The translations under genes were made by a program, and so were the position numbers. This document shows positions 38,364 to 50,245 of a stretch of DNA of 64,000 nt, piece after piece (position 1 is the stretch's first letter; each line of letters begins with the position of its first letter). Under the pieces are notes generated by a model, which was given only the letters and a program-made list of their open reading frames with translations, was not told the origin of the DNA and did no database searches. Where the stretch lies: the NCBI GenBank assembly GCA_024704765.1, contig JAKMXF010000317.1, positions 182,194 to 246,193 on the forward strand. Direction: 5' to 3'. The DNA is from Oopsacas minuta (Eukaryota > Animalia > Porifera).

Positions 38364-39220
38364 TTTTCCAAATGTATGAATAAATTCTTTGGTCACAGAT
38401 TGTGCAATCCATACTTAACAATCAAAAGAATAGAGTTTAAATGTATAATATAATTCCAGAGAGAACTTGATGAGATCATCTAAGGGTTATAAAATATCTT
38501 ACAAATTAACTCAATATAAACATCATCGGCCATCCTAGTTTTCGAAGAAATTCGGGCTAAGAAACATGTAATATATTTTACATGGCCTAACAGGGAAATT
38601 AAAAAAATACTGGATTCGATTCATCCATTCCCATAGTAAAATTTACCCCTCGAAATATGGGGCCCTATGCCTTAATCCGGCCCTGGTTCTAGGAAGGGAT
38701 CTGGGGCTAGGTTGCGCTGTTATCCCACAATAGAGTCATGGGGAACCCTTGGAATATGACATTGATTTGACTTGTACCAATTTCCCTCTAAACTCTATGT
38801 TCGAACCGCTCGGAGAACTTTGGGTGGAAGTCGAGCCACTAATACCGTGGACTCTCGTTGTAAACAAATCGGATATTAGTCATATAACAAAATTGCACCT
38901 AAAAAGAAGTAATTTAATATAACTTTTAACTGCAATTATATTATCTTATTCTGCTATAATGAATTCAGCTTTTAACGAAATGTAACGCGTTCCGGGAATT
39001 AGTAGTTTACAATAGTAGTTAGTTACGCCACAGTTATGACTTGTGATCCATTTCATTATTTCCTTATAATCTAAATTGAAATAATTATCAAATCAATTGA
39101 CCAATCAATTTAGGTGCGAATTGTCGGTATTCCTTCAATAGGATGTTAATAAATTTGAAAAATATATTATAATTATTTAACATTATATGTTATACCCAAT
39201 TTTCTTTATTTTTCTTTCAG

Positions 39221-39667
39221 GTTTCATCTATATTAGAAGTTCTAAATATTTCGCCTCTTGATGAAAGATGCATTATCAATGCACGATTGCAGTTAATCAA
39301 TTATGCATTTAGTGCAGATACTGTAGAACAGATTATTGAAAGACTTTCTATCCAAAATGATAAATGGGCAAATAGTATCCGAAAATTATTGATTCTAATG
39401 TCGCCTATTGCACTTAAGGTTACTCATAAATCTCTCAATACAGGTGCAAAACTCACACTAAAGAACTGTTTACGAATGGAATGCAATATTAGTAATCGTT
39501 TTCTTCGAACTAATGATTTTTATGAGGGTGTCCGAGCTGTCCTATTGGAAAAGGATAAAATGCCCAAATGGAAGCCAAGTACTCTTGCTTCTGTGACTAA
39601 TGATATAGTAGATTCATTTTTTCTGGAATCTGGTGGTTCTCTTTTGTCTTTTAACAGTGCTGATTAA
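39221..39667 (+). CDS. HIBCH: HIBCH exon 3 of 3
   Basis: Acceptor tttctttCAG| in frame; MSPIALKVT, CLRMEC, DFYEGVRAVLLEKDKMPKWKP. Joined CDS 352+338+447 = 1137 nt (378 aa + stop). Confidence 0.9.
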   Translation, partial: VSSILEVLNISPLDERCIINARLQLINYAFSADTVEQIIERLSIQNDKWANSIRKLLILMSPIALKVTHKSLNTGAKLTLKNCLRMECNISNRFLRTNDFYEGVRAVLLEKDKMPKWKPSTLASVTNDIVDSFFLESGGSLLSFNSAD

Positions 39668-40149
39668 TTTGTGATATTTCCATCTATCTATCACATATAA
39701 AAAATTATTATCACTTCATTGTAATATTTAGATATTATGCTATCAACATATATTTTGTAAGAATCACTTTTCTATCGTAGAATACTTCCCCTGCTAGGAG
39801 ATACGTGATGGGAGATGCCCATACAACAACCTCAGTGTTATTAAGTTGTCTTTGGTACTTATGCTTCGAAAGATCTCATAGTATCCATAAAGTATGTATA
39901 AAGGAATTTGTAATTTGTTTTCATGGACCAGTTTTGCATAATATTTTGTCTTCTAAAGTGATAGGATAATCCATTAGTATATTATTGACAATTGAACTAG
40001 GTAATCCTTACCGCGGATGATATAATTGGGACGTAATTTGCTGGAGTATGTCAACGGGCGCCGGGGCTAATTTGAAGTAGGAATAAGACCCAAAATAATT
40101 CTGATCTGCAATTAGGAAATTTACACTATGCTCGCACGTATCTATCACT

Positions 40150-40530
40150 TTTTCAGCTTACACATAACACTTAGGACAGTGAACCTGGGAAGGGGAATAG
40201 GTTCCTTAACTAAACTTTCAAAGTGGACAAGTTATTTAGTATAAAAAATTGTAAGATTGTAATACAATTAGTATAGAATTACTTTCTTTGTTCTAATACT
40301 CAACTAATGAAAGGTTTAATAACTCTCCACTTACATTTTTACCAAACATTAGGTAAACTAAACTATGACCAGGTTCTGTCATAACAGAGCACAAAACTAA
40401 AAGTGGACTACACTTAACAAAGCAATTTTACAAGCACCTGTTATGATGTTACTGAAAAGATAACACTCATTAATAAAACATACACCAGGGAATTGCTAAA
40501 ATCCAGATATATTCGAGGATTGGGTAACCT
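40150..40530 (-). repeat. diverged homologue of 35940-36300 (unidentified coding relic)
   Basis: gtgaacctgggaaggggaat(a/t)ggttccttaactaaac occurs at ~35952 and ~40180, with colinear similarity for about 350 bp. Confidence 0.6.
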
Positions 40531-41768
40531 ATAAACCTGTGCCATCTACCTACAACTGAGCTTCGTATGTAGTGGAGATAAATTTTGATGATCAATACAA
40601 TTGCTTAACTTGCTCTTCAAATTGTCATATAGGGTTATTTAGAGGCAGATGATGCCCATACTACAAAAGCATGTCGCCTCGTAAATCGAATTCAAGTATT
40701 AATAATCTAGGTACCAAATAATGAAACTGAAGTGAACAATCAGCTAAACTATTACTTGCATATTATACAATACTATAAGTTATTAGCGATGCTCTCTTAG
40801 ATGTAGCTAGCTTAGTAAGACTAAAACTCACTTGAAACTGTTCCTCTGAATCAAGGAGACTTGCTGAACATTCCAAAGTACATTTTATGGCCAATGCATA
40901 TCGAACAATTAACTGTATGTTATTAAATATAATCTTCCACTTTAACTAGAGTTTTGCCTCTTGTATGATTTGTTATAAGAAGAAACCATTTTGCAAATCG
41001 ATCCCCAAATTGAACTTGGGATAAGGCGAAATCAGGATTTGAAACAAAAAATATCCAAAAATATAGATGTTAAGGGTGCCATTAATTGGTGAGTTCGGTG
41101 GAGATGGCCCGTTCTGCATGAATGTTACACTAAGCCCATTTTTTGGCATTATTCAAGTGTTGAACTGTCCGAAGCTGTGGGAAAATTTGGTTCTATATCT
41201 CAAATATTTTCGATTACAGAAGGAAACTAGATAAATGTATGGAGACGTCGGATTCTATGAGGAGTAACTACACAGAAAATTGTAGAAATTTTGCAAAAAT
41301 TGATGAAATATCTATTAATGCATTTAACTATTCAATATTATATATAGAAGCTGTTATAAAAACTTACTGCCTCTACCATACGTATTTCCCAAGATATTTA
41401 GTGCCCCCAAGGAAAAATTTTGTACCTATCCCCCTCCGTATCGAGTTTGACCGCCACAGTCCTACGTATATCCTTGAGATTGCGTCATATTTTGGCGGAG
41501 TTTCTTGCTATCATCCATTATATAGATTTCAACAAATATAGACTATTGAGGCTAGTAGATGTGATTATTCAGGAAATATTCGCAATATATAGCTAAATAT
41601 AGAATTTTCGAATGGAGAGCCTTCTTTCCCAATATTTTCTACGAATATTTTTTGCCATATTTTTGGTCCTTCATATTTCATAACTTTCCCTGCATATTCA
41701 ACAAGCTGGTTAGTTGAGGATGTCATTAACTCTTATTATCCTATTTAACAAAATATGCTTCCTTCTAG

Positions 41769-42945
41769 CTCCTCCATCCCCTCCTGTCTCTCTAACAGCT
41801 GTATTTGACTCTACAACTTGTTCTGGTACTGTAGAGCTATCATGGATACCTGGATCTAGTGACAGACCTATACAGATGTATTACCTGTATTTGAATAGAG
41901 TTCTGGTACATAGTATCAGTTCTGTTATTAACTCATATTCTGATGCTATTACTATACCGAGAGATACAGAATACATTTATTCTGTAGTTGCTATGAGTTG
42001 TGCTGGTAACTCTACTGAAGCAAGAGCTGATCCATTCTTTTATAGAGGTTTGTTATTTATTGTTAACGTAATTAACATCTTTTAATCATTTTGATTTAGT
42101 TCCTTCCTCTCCTCCTAATAATGACTGTACTAACATTCTAATCAGCTGGGATACTCCTGATAGTGATAGAGCTATAACCTCACACACTGTGTTACATGAT
42201 AACTTTGAGTTAGCTACTATAACAGCTGTTGAGTATACATATACTACTGTTCTTAATATCAGTACATTATATGAGTACTCAGTTAGAGCTACTAGCTATG
42301 CTGGATATTCACCTGGAGTTAAGGACATTACTGTAGAAAGATTACATATATTCTGTCATCACTTTATTACATAATTTAATTATTCAATTATTTAGGTTAT
42401 TTGCTATCTGTGGATTCTCAATCTCTCTTTTATAACTATAACGAGACAGCTAGTGAAATATATTTTAATTGGACTCTCAGCTCAAATAATGAGAACATAA
42501 CTATCTACCTTAACTACTCACTTGATCTGACCTATTCCTATTCTCAAAACGAAACGACATCTTATTTCACACATACATATTCATTCTCACAGCTATCTAC
42601 TGACACTAACTATACTCAAGCTATAACTCCTCATAACTTTACTACAGGTAATGTAGATGCACACATTACAGCTTGTATACAAATAACAAGACAATGTGGA
42701 CAACCTTTATCTGGAATAAGAATGTGTGATTATTATGAATCAGGTAGTATATTGATTCTATATTTATTTGTAATTCTGTTTCAATAATTTATCAAAACTT
42801 TTCTATTTTCTACTTAGAAATTCTCCCAACAGTTGCAGGTATTATTGTTATTTGTATTATTGTTTGTTTTATGTTTTAACACTTTAAAATATTATATTCT
42901 ATATTTCTAGATTCTCCGGTATCACTTATAGCAGCTGTAGTAATC

Positions 42946-42984
<39 letters not shown>

Positions 42985-43248
42985 TTAATAATATCAATAA
43001 TATCAATATCTGTAATATCTGCTATGAGTATAGTTATAGTGATAATGTACTGGAAGATACAGAGTATTAAGTCTACTGGTAAACCTACAGAACCACCACA
43101 TCTCTATCAATATATTGATATGAATAAATTAACACCTGGATCTACTCCTAGACAAGAGGACCCTTACTACATCCCTATGTCCCCTACAGGAACACAATCT
43201 ACACTTCAGGACACTTCTACTAGTCATCAGTATTCTAACTTGAAGTGA
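41769..43248 (+). CDS. single-pass FN3 receptor A (2 FN3 + Cys/N-glycan-rich domain + TM + Tyr-motif tail); exons 41769-42047, 42100-42354, 42396-42743, 42818-42838, 42911-43248; 5' end uncertain
   Basis: All five exons join in frame through phase-1 GT-AG introns of 52, 41, 74 and 72 bp. FN3 signatures LSWIP..Y.L.YSVVAMSCAG and ISWDTP..YEYSVRATSYAG. Hydrophobic segment, then tail ending YSNLK*. Confidence 0.75.
42949..42984 (+). repeat. (ATA)12 microsatellite coding poly-Ile in the receptor A transmembrane segment
   Basis: 12 consecutive in-frame ATA codons. Confidence 0.85.
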
Positions 43249-43684
43249 AGATTTGTTCAATGCTTTTGTAAATATTTTTAGTTCTAATATTGTATATAAT
43301 ATTTTAATGTAATCATGTTACCAACCTTGATATGAGTGAAGTTACAAATAACGAAAGAACAATGATAGCAATACAATAATATAAAGCTATACTGATTGTA
43401 TATTATTCGTGATTTGCACAGGGATTCGGATGAATGTATTTTTGAAAAATATTAATTTTTGTTATAACGTTTCAGAATTTCTGTATTTTTAATTCAATAG
43501 TATCATTTTATGAAGTATCCAATGGAGAATTAAATTCAGTATACGTATTGTTATTCAATTTCATCAATAAATAGGGATAGCTGATATATAACACTAACAA
43601 ATTGAGAACTCATTCTTTCGGATCTGTATATTTAGTTCGAAATTTTTGTAGAACTTTAATCAAATGATGAAAAAGGGAAATTTT

Positions 43685-44172
43685 GAACAAAGATCTACTA
43701 AAATTCTCCAATCGAACTTTAACCAAAATTTGTAGAATTTTGATCAAAAATTGTAGAACTTTGATCGAAAATGGAGAAATACAACAAAAAAGTCCAACGA
43801 TACGCCATTTTACAAAGATTAGTAATAATCAATCCAAAAAACTCCATCCAATCATAAAATTAGCATAAATTCCACACTCCCGTCCTTTAGTAGCTAATAA
43901 CGAACACAAATAAATACTCCCAGAGCCATAAGGTAGCGAAATAAATCCCTAATCCCCTCCCAATGGTACTCTTTCTAACTAATAAAATATAAAATGAGTG
44001 TGAAATTTATGCTAATTTTATGATTGGATGGAGTTTTGTTGGATTGATTGTTGCTAATCTTTGTATAATGGCGTATCGTTGGATTTTTTTGTTGTTTTTT
44101 CTCCATTTTCGATCAAATTCTACAATTTTTCTCTCAAATTTCGACTGTAGACATTTTAGTAGAACTTTGGGT
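43685..44172. mobile_element. foldback-type element with ~190-bp imperfect inverted arms
   Basis: 43685-43879 mirrors 43996-44172 (e.g. ctccatccaatcataaaattagcataaat / atttatgctaattttatgattggatggag). Confidence 0.7.
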
Positions 44173-45150
44173 GCACTTATTGAAAGTTACACTCCCCAAC
44201 TTTTTGCCAGATGGTAAAAATCGCTATATGAGCCGTTATAGAGCATTTTGAGAGATGAAGAGTGAGCTAGAGATTTCTAAAACCGGTCAAGAAACAAAAG
44301 AGTTACAGCAATTCTAGCTTATAAGCCAAAGTCTATGGGTAAAATTGCAACTTCATTGAAGCCAAATATATTACAATAGTAGAGGTGCAAATAGCATAGT
44401 AGTGTGCATATAATACTACAACATACCCAATTAGCATTACTATGTCTAAATAATTTCTGTTATCTATTAATCATTCTCTTAAATCTCCAAGTAAATAGAC
44501 ATATTTAGTAAGCATACAATCTGAAATAATGATATTCAGGTAATTAACTACATATCAAGAGATTATTTAGTAGCTATTTGAACTTTACATGGAGATAGTT
44601 GTTAGTTCTATTTCTCCTGTATCACATCTTCTAATAATCTCTTGCGATTCTTTTTCGTTTGATTAATGTAAAGCCCACTATCCACAATGCAACTATGTTG
44701 TACCGTGTATTATAGGATGGTATACACAAATTTTTTGCATCTTGTGTATTGACCGTTGCATGCCAAAATGTTGCACATAAATATTGTTGCATGCGTAGGG
44801 GCCTTAAACAAAGCTTTCAATGAAATTTTAGAAATTTATCAAATCATACTATAACACAGGACACCTTTTACACTTGCATGAAACTTCTATTGCAACCGTG
44901 TTGCCTGAAACTGTATTTCACGGTATGCATATTTTTGGTTTTGTCTGGAATTGATTGAGAACTTACAAGAACTAATGACTTTATTTTGCATGGGGTTGTG
45001 GGATACTCTATCTAGCAACTTTTGGAATAACTAGTGCAAAAGTTTCTTTGTGAATCAATTCAAATTTTATTAGTAACATACAGTATTGGGTTCACTGATT
45101 AAGGCCAAAAATTCGAGCAAAATTCCCATATAGGAAAACTGGAATTTGGA

Positions 45151-45320
45151 CGAAAATTATTCATTACTCCAGTAACAAGCAGCCTTATAACAAAGTCCGT
45201 TAAAGCTTCTGCGTCTTACAGTTCAGGGGGCTGCTTGCTACTGGATCCCCTGAACTGTAGGACAAGGAGGCTTTCACTTGGTTATACGGCTGTTTGCTAT
45301 TAGAGTAAGAATAATTTTCG
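45151..45320. mobile_element. palindromic MITE-like element
   Basis: Outer cgaaaattatt / aataattttcg; inner perfect tacagttcagggg (45217-45229) / cccctgaactgta (45247-45259). Confidence 0.55.
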
Positions 45321-45854
45321 GACTTAGTCATGTTTCAAAATATACGTAGAGCAATACAAAATGTTAAATTCAATATTATAATCAATAGGAAAGACAAAGA
45401 ACCTACATGAATGAGTGAATATACCCTTCAGTGAATTATAATAAATAAAAACGAACCGCTTTTAGCATATTCTAAGTATTCCTTTACAAGTTAGAGATAG
45501 TTATCTGCCATGCGTGTTGGAACAAACTCATAACATCATAAAAAGAATGAATTATAATGGGCTGTTGATGAATTATATTGTTCGTCATGCGAATTATTTG
45601 CATTTGTATAGTTTTAAATATTTTTAAATGGATTGTGTATACTTTTCTTGCATATTAATGTAGTATGCTGGTTCATGGTTGAAAACGTAAGAATTGATTT
45701 TCTATCTCAGTGATAAAAGCAAATCAATAGTGTGGATCATCTCCAAGTATACAGATCTAAGCAATCTCTATACATTTAAGCATTTTATTTCGATATCAGA
45801 AATACAACTGCATATCATTTCAAACTTATATTTTTCACGATTGTTGGAATTTTC

Positions 45855-46792
45855 ATGGCTACTCCCGTATTTAGACCTGTAATTATGCATACATCTTTTC
45901 CGTTCGTCGATGAGATTGGATTGAAGTAATTATTCATAAGGATAACCATCAATCGTGACAATTGTATCGATTGGTTGAGGGTTCACGGATTATTAGCAAG
46001 ATGTATGAGATGTAAATGCGGGGCAAACATGTCGGAAGGCGTATTTTCTAAGGCGCACGAAGGGAGAGGTTGGAGATGTCCTGAAAAGGGTTGCAAGAAA
46101 TTTGTATCCCTACGAGTAGGATCATTCTTTGAGAGATCCAATATTCCTCTTACTCAGTTGGTGGAATTTTTGTATTTTTGGGCAGAAGGACTTCAAAGTA
46201 CACATTTCTTAACCCTGAATCTCAAGTGGTCTCCAAACACCATCACGATTGGAAAAATTTATTGAGGGATATCTGTGTGGGGAAGTACCTCTCTAATCCC
46301 GAACCAATCGGGGGACATGGGCACATCGTTGAGATCAATGAAAGCAAATTTGGGAAAGAAAGTACCATCGAGGAAGGCAACTATCAGGAAAATGGGTGTT
46401 TGGTGGGATTGATAGAGTGACCAAAGAAGCTTTCATGGTCACAGTTGAAGATAGATCAGCTTCTACATTGATTCCCATTATAGAACAATATATCACACCG
46501 GGTACTATTATTCTAAGCGATGAATGGGCTTCATACAATCTTATTCCACCAGCTACGTTCACCCATTTGACTGTTAATCACAGTATCCAGTTTGTGGTCC
46601 CTGGAACAGAGATTCACACAAACAATAGAAAGCACTTGGGGCCAAGCCAAGAAAAAGATGAGAAATTCCATGACCACCAACCCCGAGCTCCTGGATACAT
46701 ACCTCGCTGAATATTGCTGGAGAAAGAAATATGGTGACAATCCATTTCACAACTTAATAATAGAAATAAGAAACCAATATACTGTTACTTAG
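45855..46792 (+). pseudogene. Merlin (IS1595/ISXO2-like) transposase pseudogene
   Basis: Zn-ribbon CKCG..WRCPEKGC; SLRVGSFFE; VEINESKFG (D>N); WVFGGIDR; IILSDEWASY; HLTVNHS; HTQTIESTW. Frameshifts present. Confidence 0.85.
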
Positions 46793-47049
46793 ATACAATC
46801 TCTTGCATGCTAATTACTAGTTTTTCATAGTTGCTAGATATTTACATGAAAATCAAAATAATTCTAGTTGTTCAAACAGTTGAACCAGCCATGGGCTCAA
46901 ACCAGTTAGAAGTAGTTTATTTGAGAATATTATACACAGTTATTATTTGATATTGTTCCAAATGACATTATAATTGCTAAGCCTCTTCGACAGGATATTA
47001 TTAGACCATGTTAAGCACAATTTCCTCATAATCAATATCTTAGCATTGT

Positions 47050-47982
47050 AGGCGATGAATTTTGATAATTTTCAGTGAAATTTTCATAATGCAAATATCT
47101 CAGAAAATGGAGTTTATCATTTTTCTAAAAGTTTTGTAAAATATATTGTAAGTACTTGTATTTAAGGAGAATATTAAATTATCATATTTACTCTTATGAT
47201 GATGAATTACTGTAATTCATCCTGATATGTTTCGAAAAGTCCCAGGGTTTATCTGCCATGGTCTAGAATTTGAATAGAGTGCCATTGCCTCAGTATATAG
47301 AATGCTATGATCGGGCATATGCAAAAAGTAACCCTTCGTGTCCTGGAAGAGTAGATTAGTCAATTTGTAGTGAAAATTCCCTCGTTCTACTTATCTCACA
47401 AAGTGAATTTTGACATAAATACTCATATTTATTCACTTCGCAACCGTATAATTGCTAAAAAGAATTGACTGTATTACACTTCGACCATTTCCGTCCATGA
47501 CAGTAGTCACTACGTCTTGAATTTCGGGAATAATGAGTGAGAACTAATTCTTCCCGCAATAGTATGTGGCTTACCAGTTTCAGCAATTAATAGCGAGATG
47601 TTATATGACGTAACAAGCTATCCATATTTTGTTTGTCCACTTTTCCAAAGATCCCGACCATCGTTTAGCTATTGTCTCGCAATTTTTTGAAGATTCAACA
47701 TCCTTATTTGCATTTTCGCCATCCCTTGATTATAAATGAAGATTTCACAAACCCGTGTTTGATATAATTAGCTCTATACTGTCGACACGCACATCTTTTT
47801 ACTTTAATAAATTGTTTATTATCTTGACTACAAGATTTTCATTTACGAATATCCTGTTACAACTAATTGTTCGATCTTGGTATATCATAAAAACTCAGTG
47901 GCCCCCCCCCCAAGTCTATCGCAGCCCCCAATATGCTTCTAATGCCCCCTTGGCAGCTCTACGGTCCACTTGACGACCACTG
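47050..47982 (-). mobile_element. 5' part of a decayed hAT (Buster/Charlie-type) element
   Basis: YNISLLIAETGKPHTIA, LSNYTV, REFSLQI..TLPGHEGLLFAYAR. Terminus cagtggtcgtcaa on the minus strand at 47982, next to an nnnTAnnn flank. Confidence 0.65.
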
Positions 47983-48689
47983 CTTTAGATAAAATCTTGT
48001 TGACTTATTCTCATTTTCACATTTGTACAACATGTTGCAGAAGTGCCATATATCATATATGTGTGCGCCACTTCGTTTATGAATACAAATGTTGTAAAAT
48101 CTTTTGTGTTTCATGCATATTCATTGTACCATATAAGTTGCTTAGAATATGAGACAGTTTGGAATTGTCGTTAAATGTGTAGGAATTCTATGTTAATTCT
48201 AGGATGAATTTTTCTTTCTGTAGATAAGTGTTAATTTAAGGCTTCTCGACCTAAGACTCTATCCTGCTTTTTTTTATTCGTGAATAAATCTTAGGCTATA
48301 TTGTACCTGCGAATAATTTGGCTCAAGTTCCCAATAGTCATTTTCATACTATATGAATTTGATTGTACTTCTAGTATAGTTTATTGTTGATAGTAACTTG
48401 ATACCACTATAATTTCTGTCACTAATAATATCTACACTCTTTTGAACAAATTGCACTCAAGTTACATTGCAATAAAAAGTTAACCACAAACAAACTCATA
48501 ATCTAAGATCTAATTGTGTCGCTTGACTAAAACGCAATCCAAAAAAAGTGATGTGTTGTAATGTATGTTTGTATATGAAGGCTGTTCGTAGATTAGCTTA
48601 TAATATACTACTATCATTCAAACCACAATGGACCACACAATATTGCTCTTGAACCCTTGATTATACCTGACATCTCAGCAAGTTCTCTA

Positions 48690-50245
48690 CAGGGTGGCTG
48701 CTAAGTTCTGATACAAAAATTCAATTACGATATAACCTTGATCGTAATGTATTTACAGTATTTTGACTATCTACACTGCCTGGCCAAAAGTATTGGAACA
48801 CTGTTTACAACTTGGCACAAGTGGCATTAGATGAGAATATGTTGAAAGATTCTATGGATATTGCAGAAAGTAGAACAATAACTTGTTATCATTCGTTTTA
48901 CGATATTTATGTTCAACATTTATTGAAATCATCTTTAGCTTATACAACTATGGCAGCATACCCTTTGTTTCAGGTATTAATTGTGGCAGGGTGTTCCAAT
49001 ACTTTTGGCCAGGCAGTGTAAGACTTTTCATGTAACCTTCTTAATGCATTCAAATTCGATTTAGCTTACATTTTTCACAAAAATTTATACTATTGACATA
49101 AGTCATGAGAGGTCAATAATTGTTGAACTATACAAAGGCGGGAAAAAGCCCTCCTGAGATTTTAAAAATGTTAAATATTGCTAAAGGACGGAGAGCATTC
49201 ATCTACAGGACAATAAAACGTTACAATGAAACTGGGGACACGAACGACAAACCAAGATCTGGTCGTCCTTGTTCTGTGAGAACCGCAGCCCTCAAGAAGA
49301 GGGTGAGAGAACGAATTCGGCGAAATCCACGGTTATCCATGAGAAAATGGCCAAGGAGTTGAAATTTGCACGTCAAGCTGTCCAAAAAGTGGTACACTGT
49401 GACTTGAAATGCGCTGTTTTAAAAGAAAGAAATACACTTCCTCTCAGAGTTAGTCAAGACAAAACTATTGTTGAGAAGCAAGGCATTACTTGCAAGACAC
49501 GCTACCGGCGGACTCGAAAATATCATCTTTACAGATGAAAAGATTTTCATTATAGCTGAGGCTACGAATGTTCAAAATGATCGTGTGATCTCTACAGTTA
49601 TCTCAGAGATCCCTGATATGTTTAGGTACATCAGTCGGAAAATGAAACTTCTCTCAGTGATGATTTGGGCTCGTGTCTCTGCTGTTGGCCGCACGCCATT
49701 GATTTTCGTACCTGCTGGAGTGAAAATCAACGCGAAAACTTACAAGGACTTGATCCTAGAACCTGTTGTAAAAGATCTGAGCCAGACAATGTTTTTCGGA
49801 CAGCCATTTGTTTTCCAACAAGATGGTGCTCCTGCTCATACGGCGATTACCACACAGGACTGGTTAGATGGCAAAATCCCCGATTTTATCCGAAAAGAAT
49901 AATGGCATCCATATAGTCCTGATTTAAATCCAATGGACTATTCTCTTTGGTCCATCTTGGAGAATAGGGCTTGTTCAGTTTCACGCAGCACTATAAAGTC
50001 CCTGAAAAAGTCTTTGTGTAGCGAATGGGAGAAAATACCCCAGGAAACCCTGCGTGCCGCAGTGGAAAGTTTCCCTACCAGACTCAAGGCTGAAATTTCC
50101 AAAAAAGGAGAATATATAGAATAACTAATTTAGTAATTGAATCATAACAGTAGTAAATAGTCGTATATGCAATATTAACATTATATTCCAAGTTGTAAAA
50201 ATATAATGGAGAAATCCTTTGTATCAGAACTTAGCAGCCACCCTG
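48690..50245 (+). mobile_element. maT (DD37D) element, transposase pseudogene ~49105-50124
   Basis: Perfect 28-bp TIR cagggtggctgctaagttctgatacaaa, TA TSD; IFTDEK, FQQDGAPAH, SPDLNPMD with D-37-D spacing. Confidence 0.92.
48774..49018. mobile_element. Tc1-type MITE (245 bp) nested in the maT 5' region
   Basis: Perfect 28-bp TIR cactgcctggccaaaagtattggaacac, TA TSD. Confidence 0.92.

Noticed and set aside
41714-41768. MSLTLIILFNKICFLLA as the signal peptide of receptor A
   Set aside because: Possible but not supportable: AT-rich intron sequence translates as hydrophobic, and a good acceptor (ccttctag) precedes the FN3 exon as in paralogue B. Left unresolved.
42340-42395. Possible non-canonical GA-AG intron after the FN3 exon in both receptors (GA at 42340 and 58041)
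   Set aside because: Both genes have a phase-1 GT exactly 15 nt further on (42355, 58056) that keeps the frame and creates a shared Cys, so canonical splicing explains it.
45660-46892. gctggttca / tgaaccagc as Merlin TIRs
   Set aside because: Only a 9-bp match and no 8-9-bp TSD.
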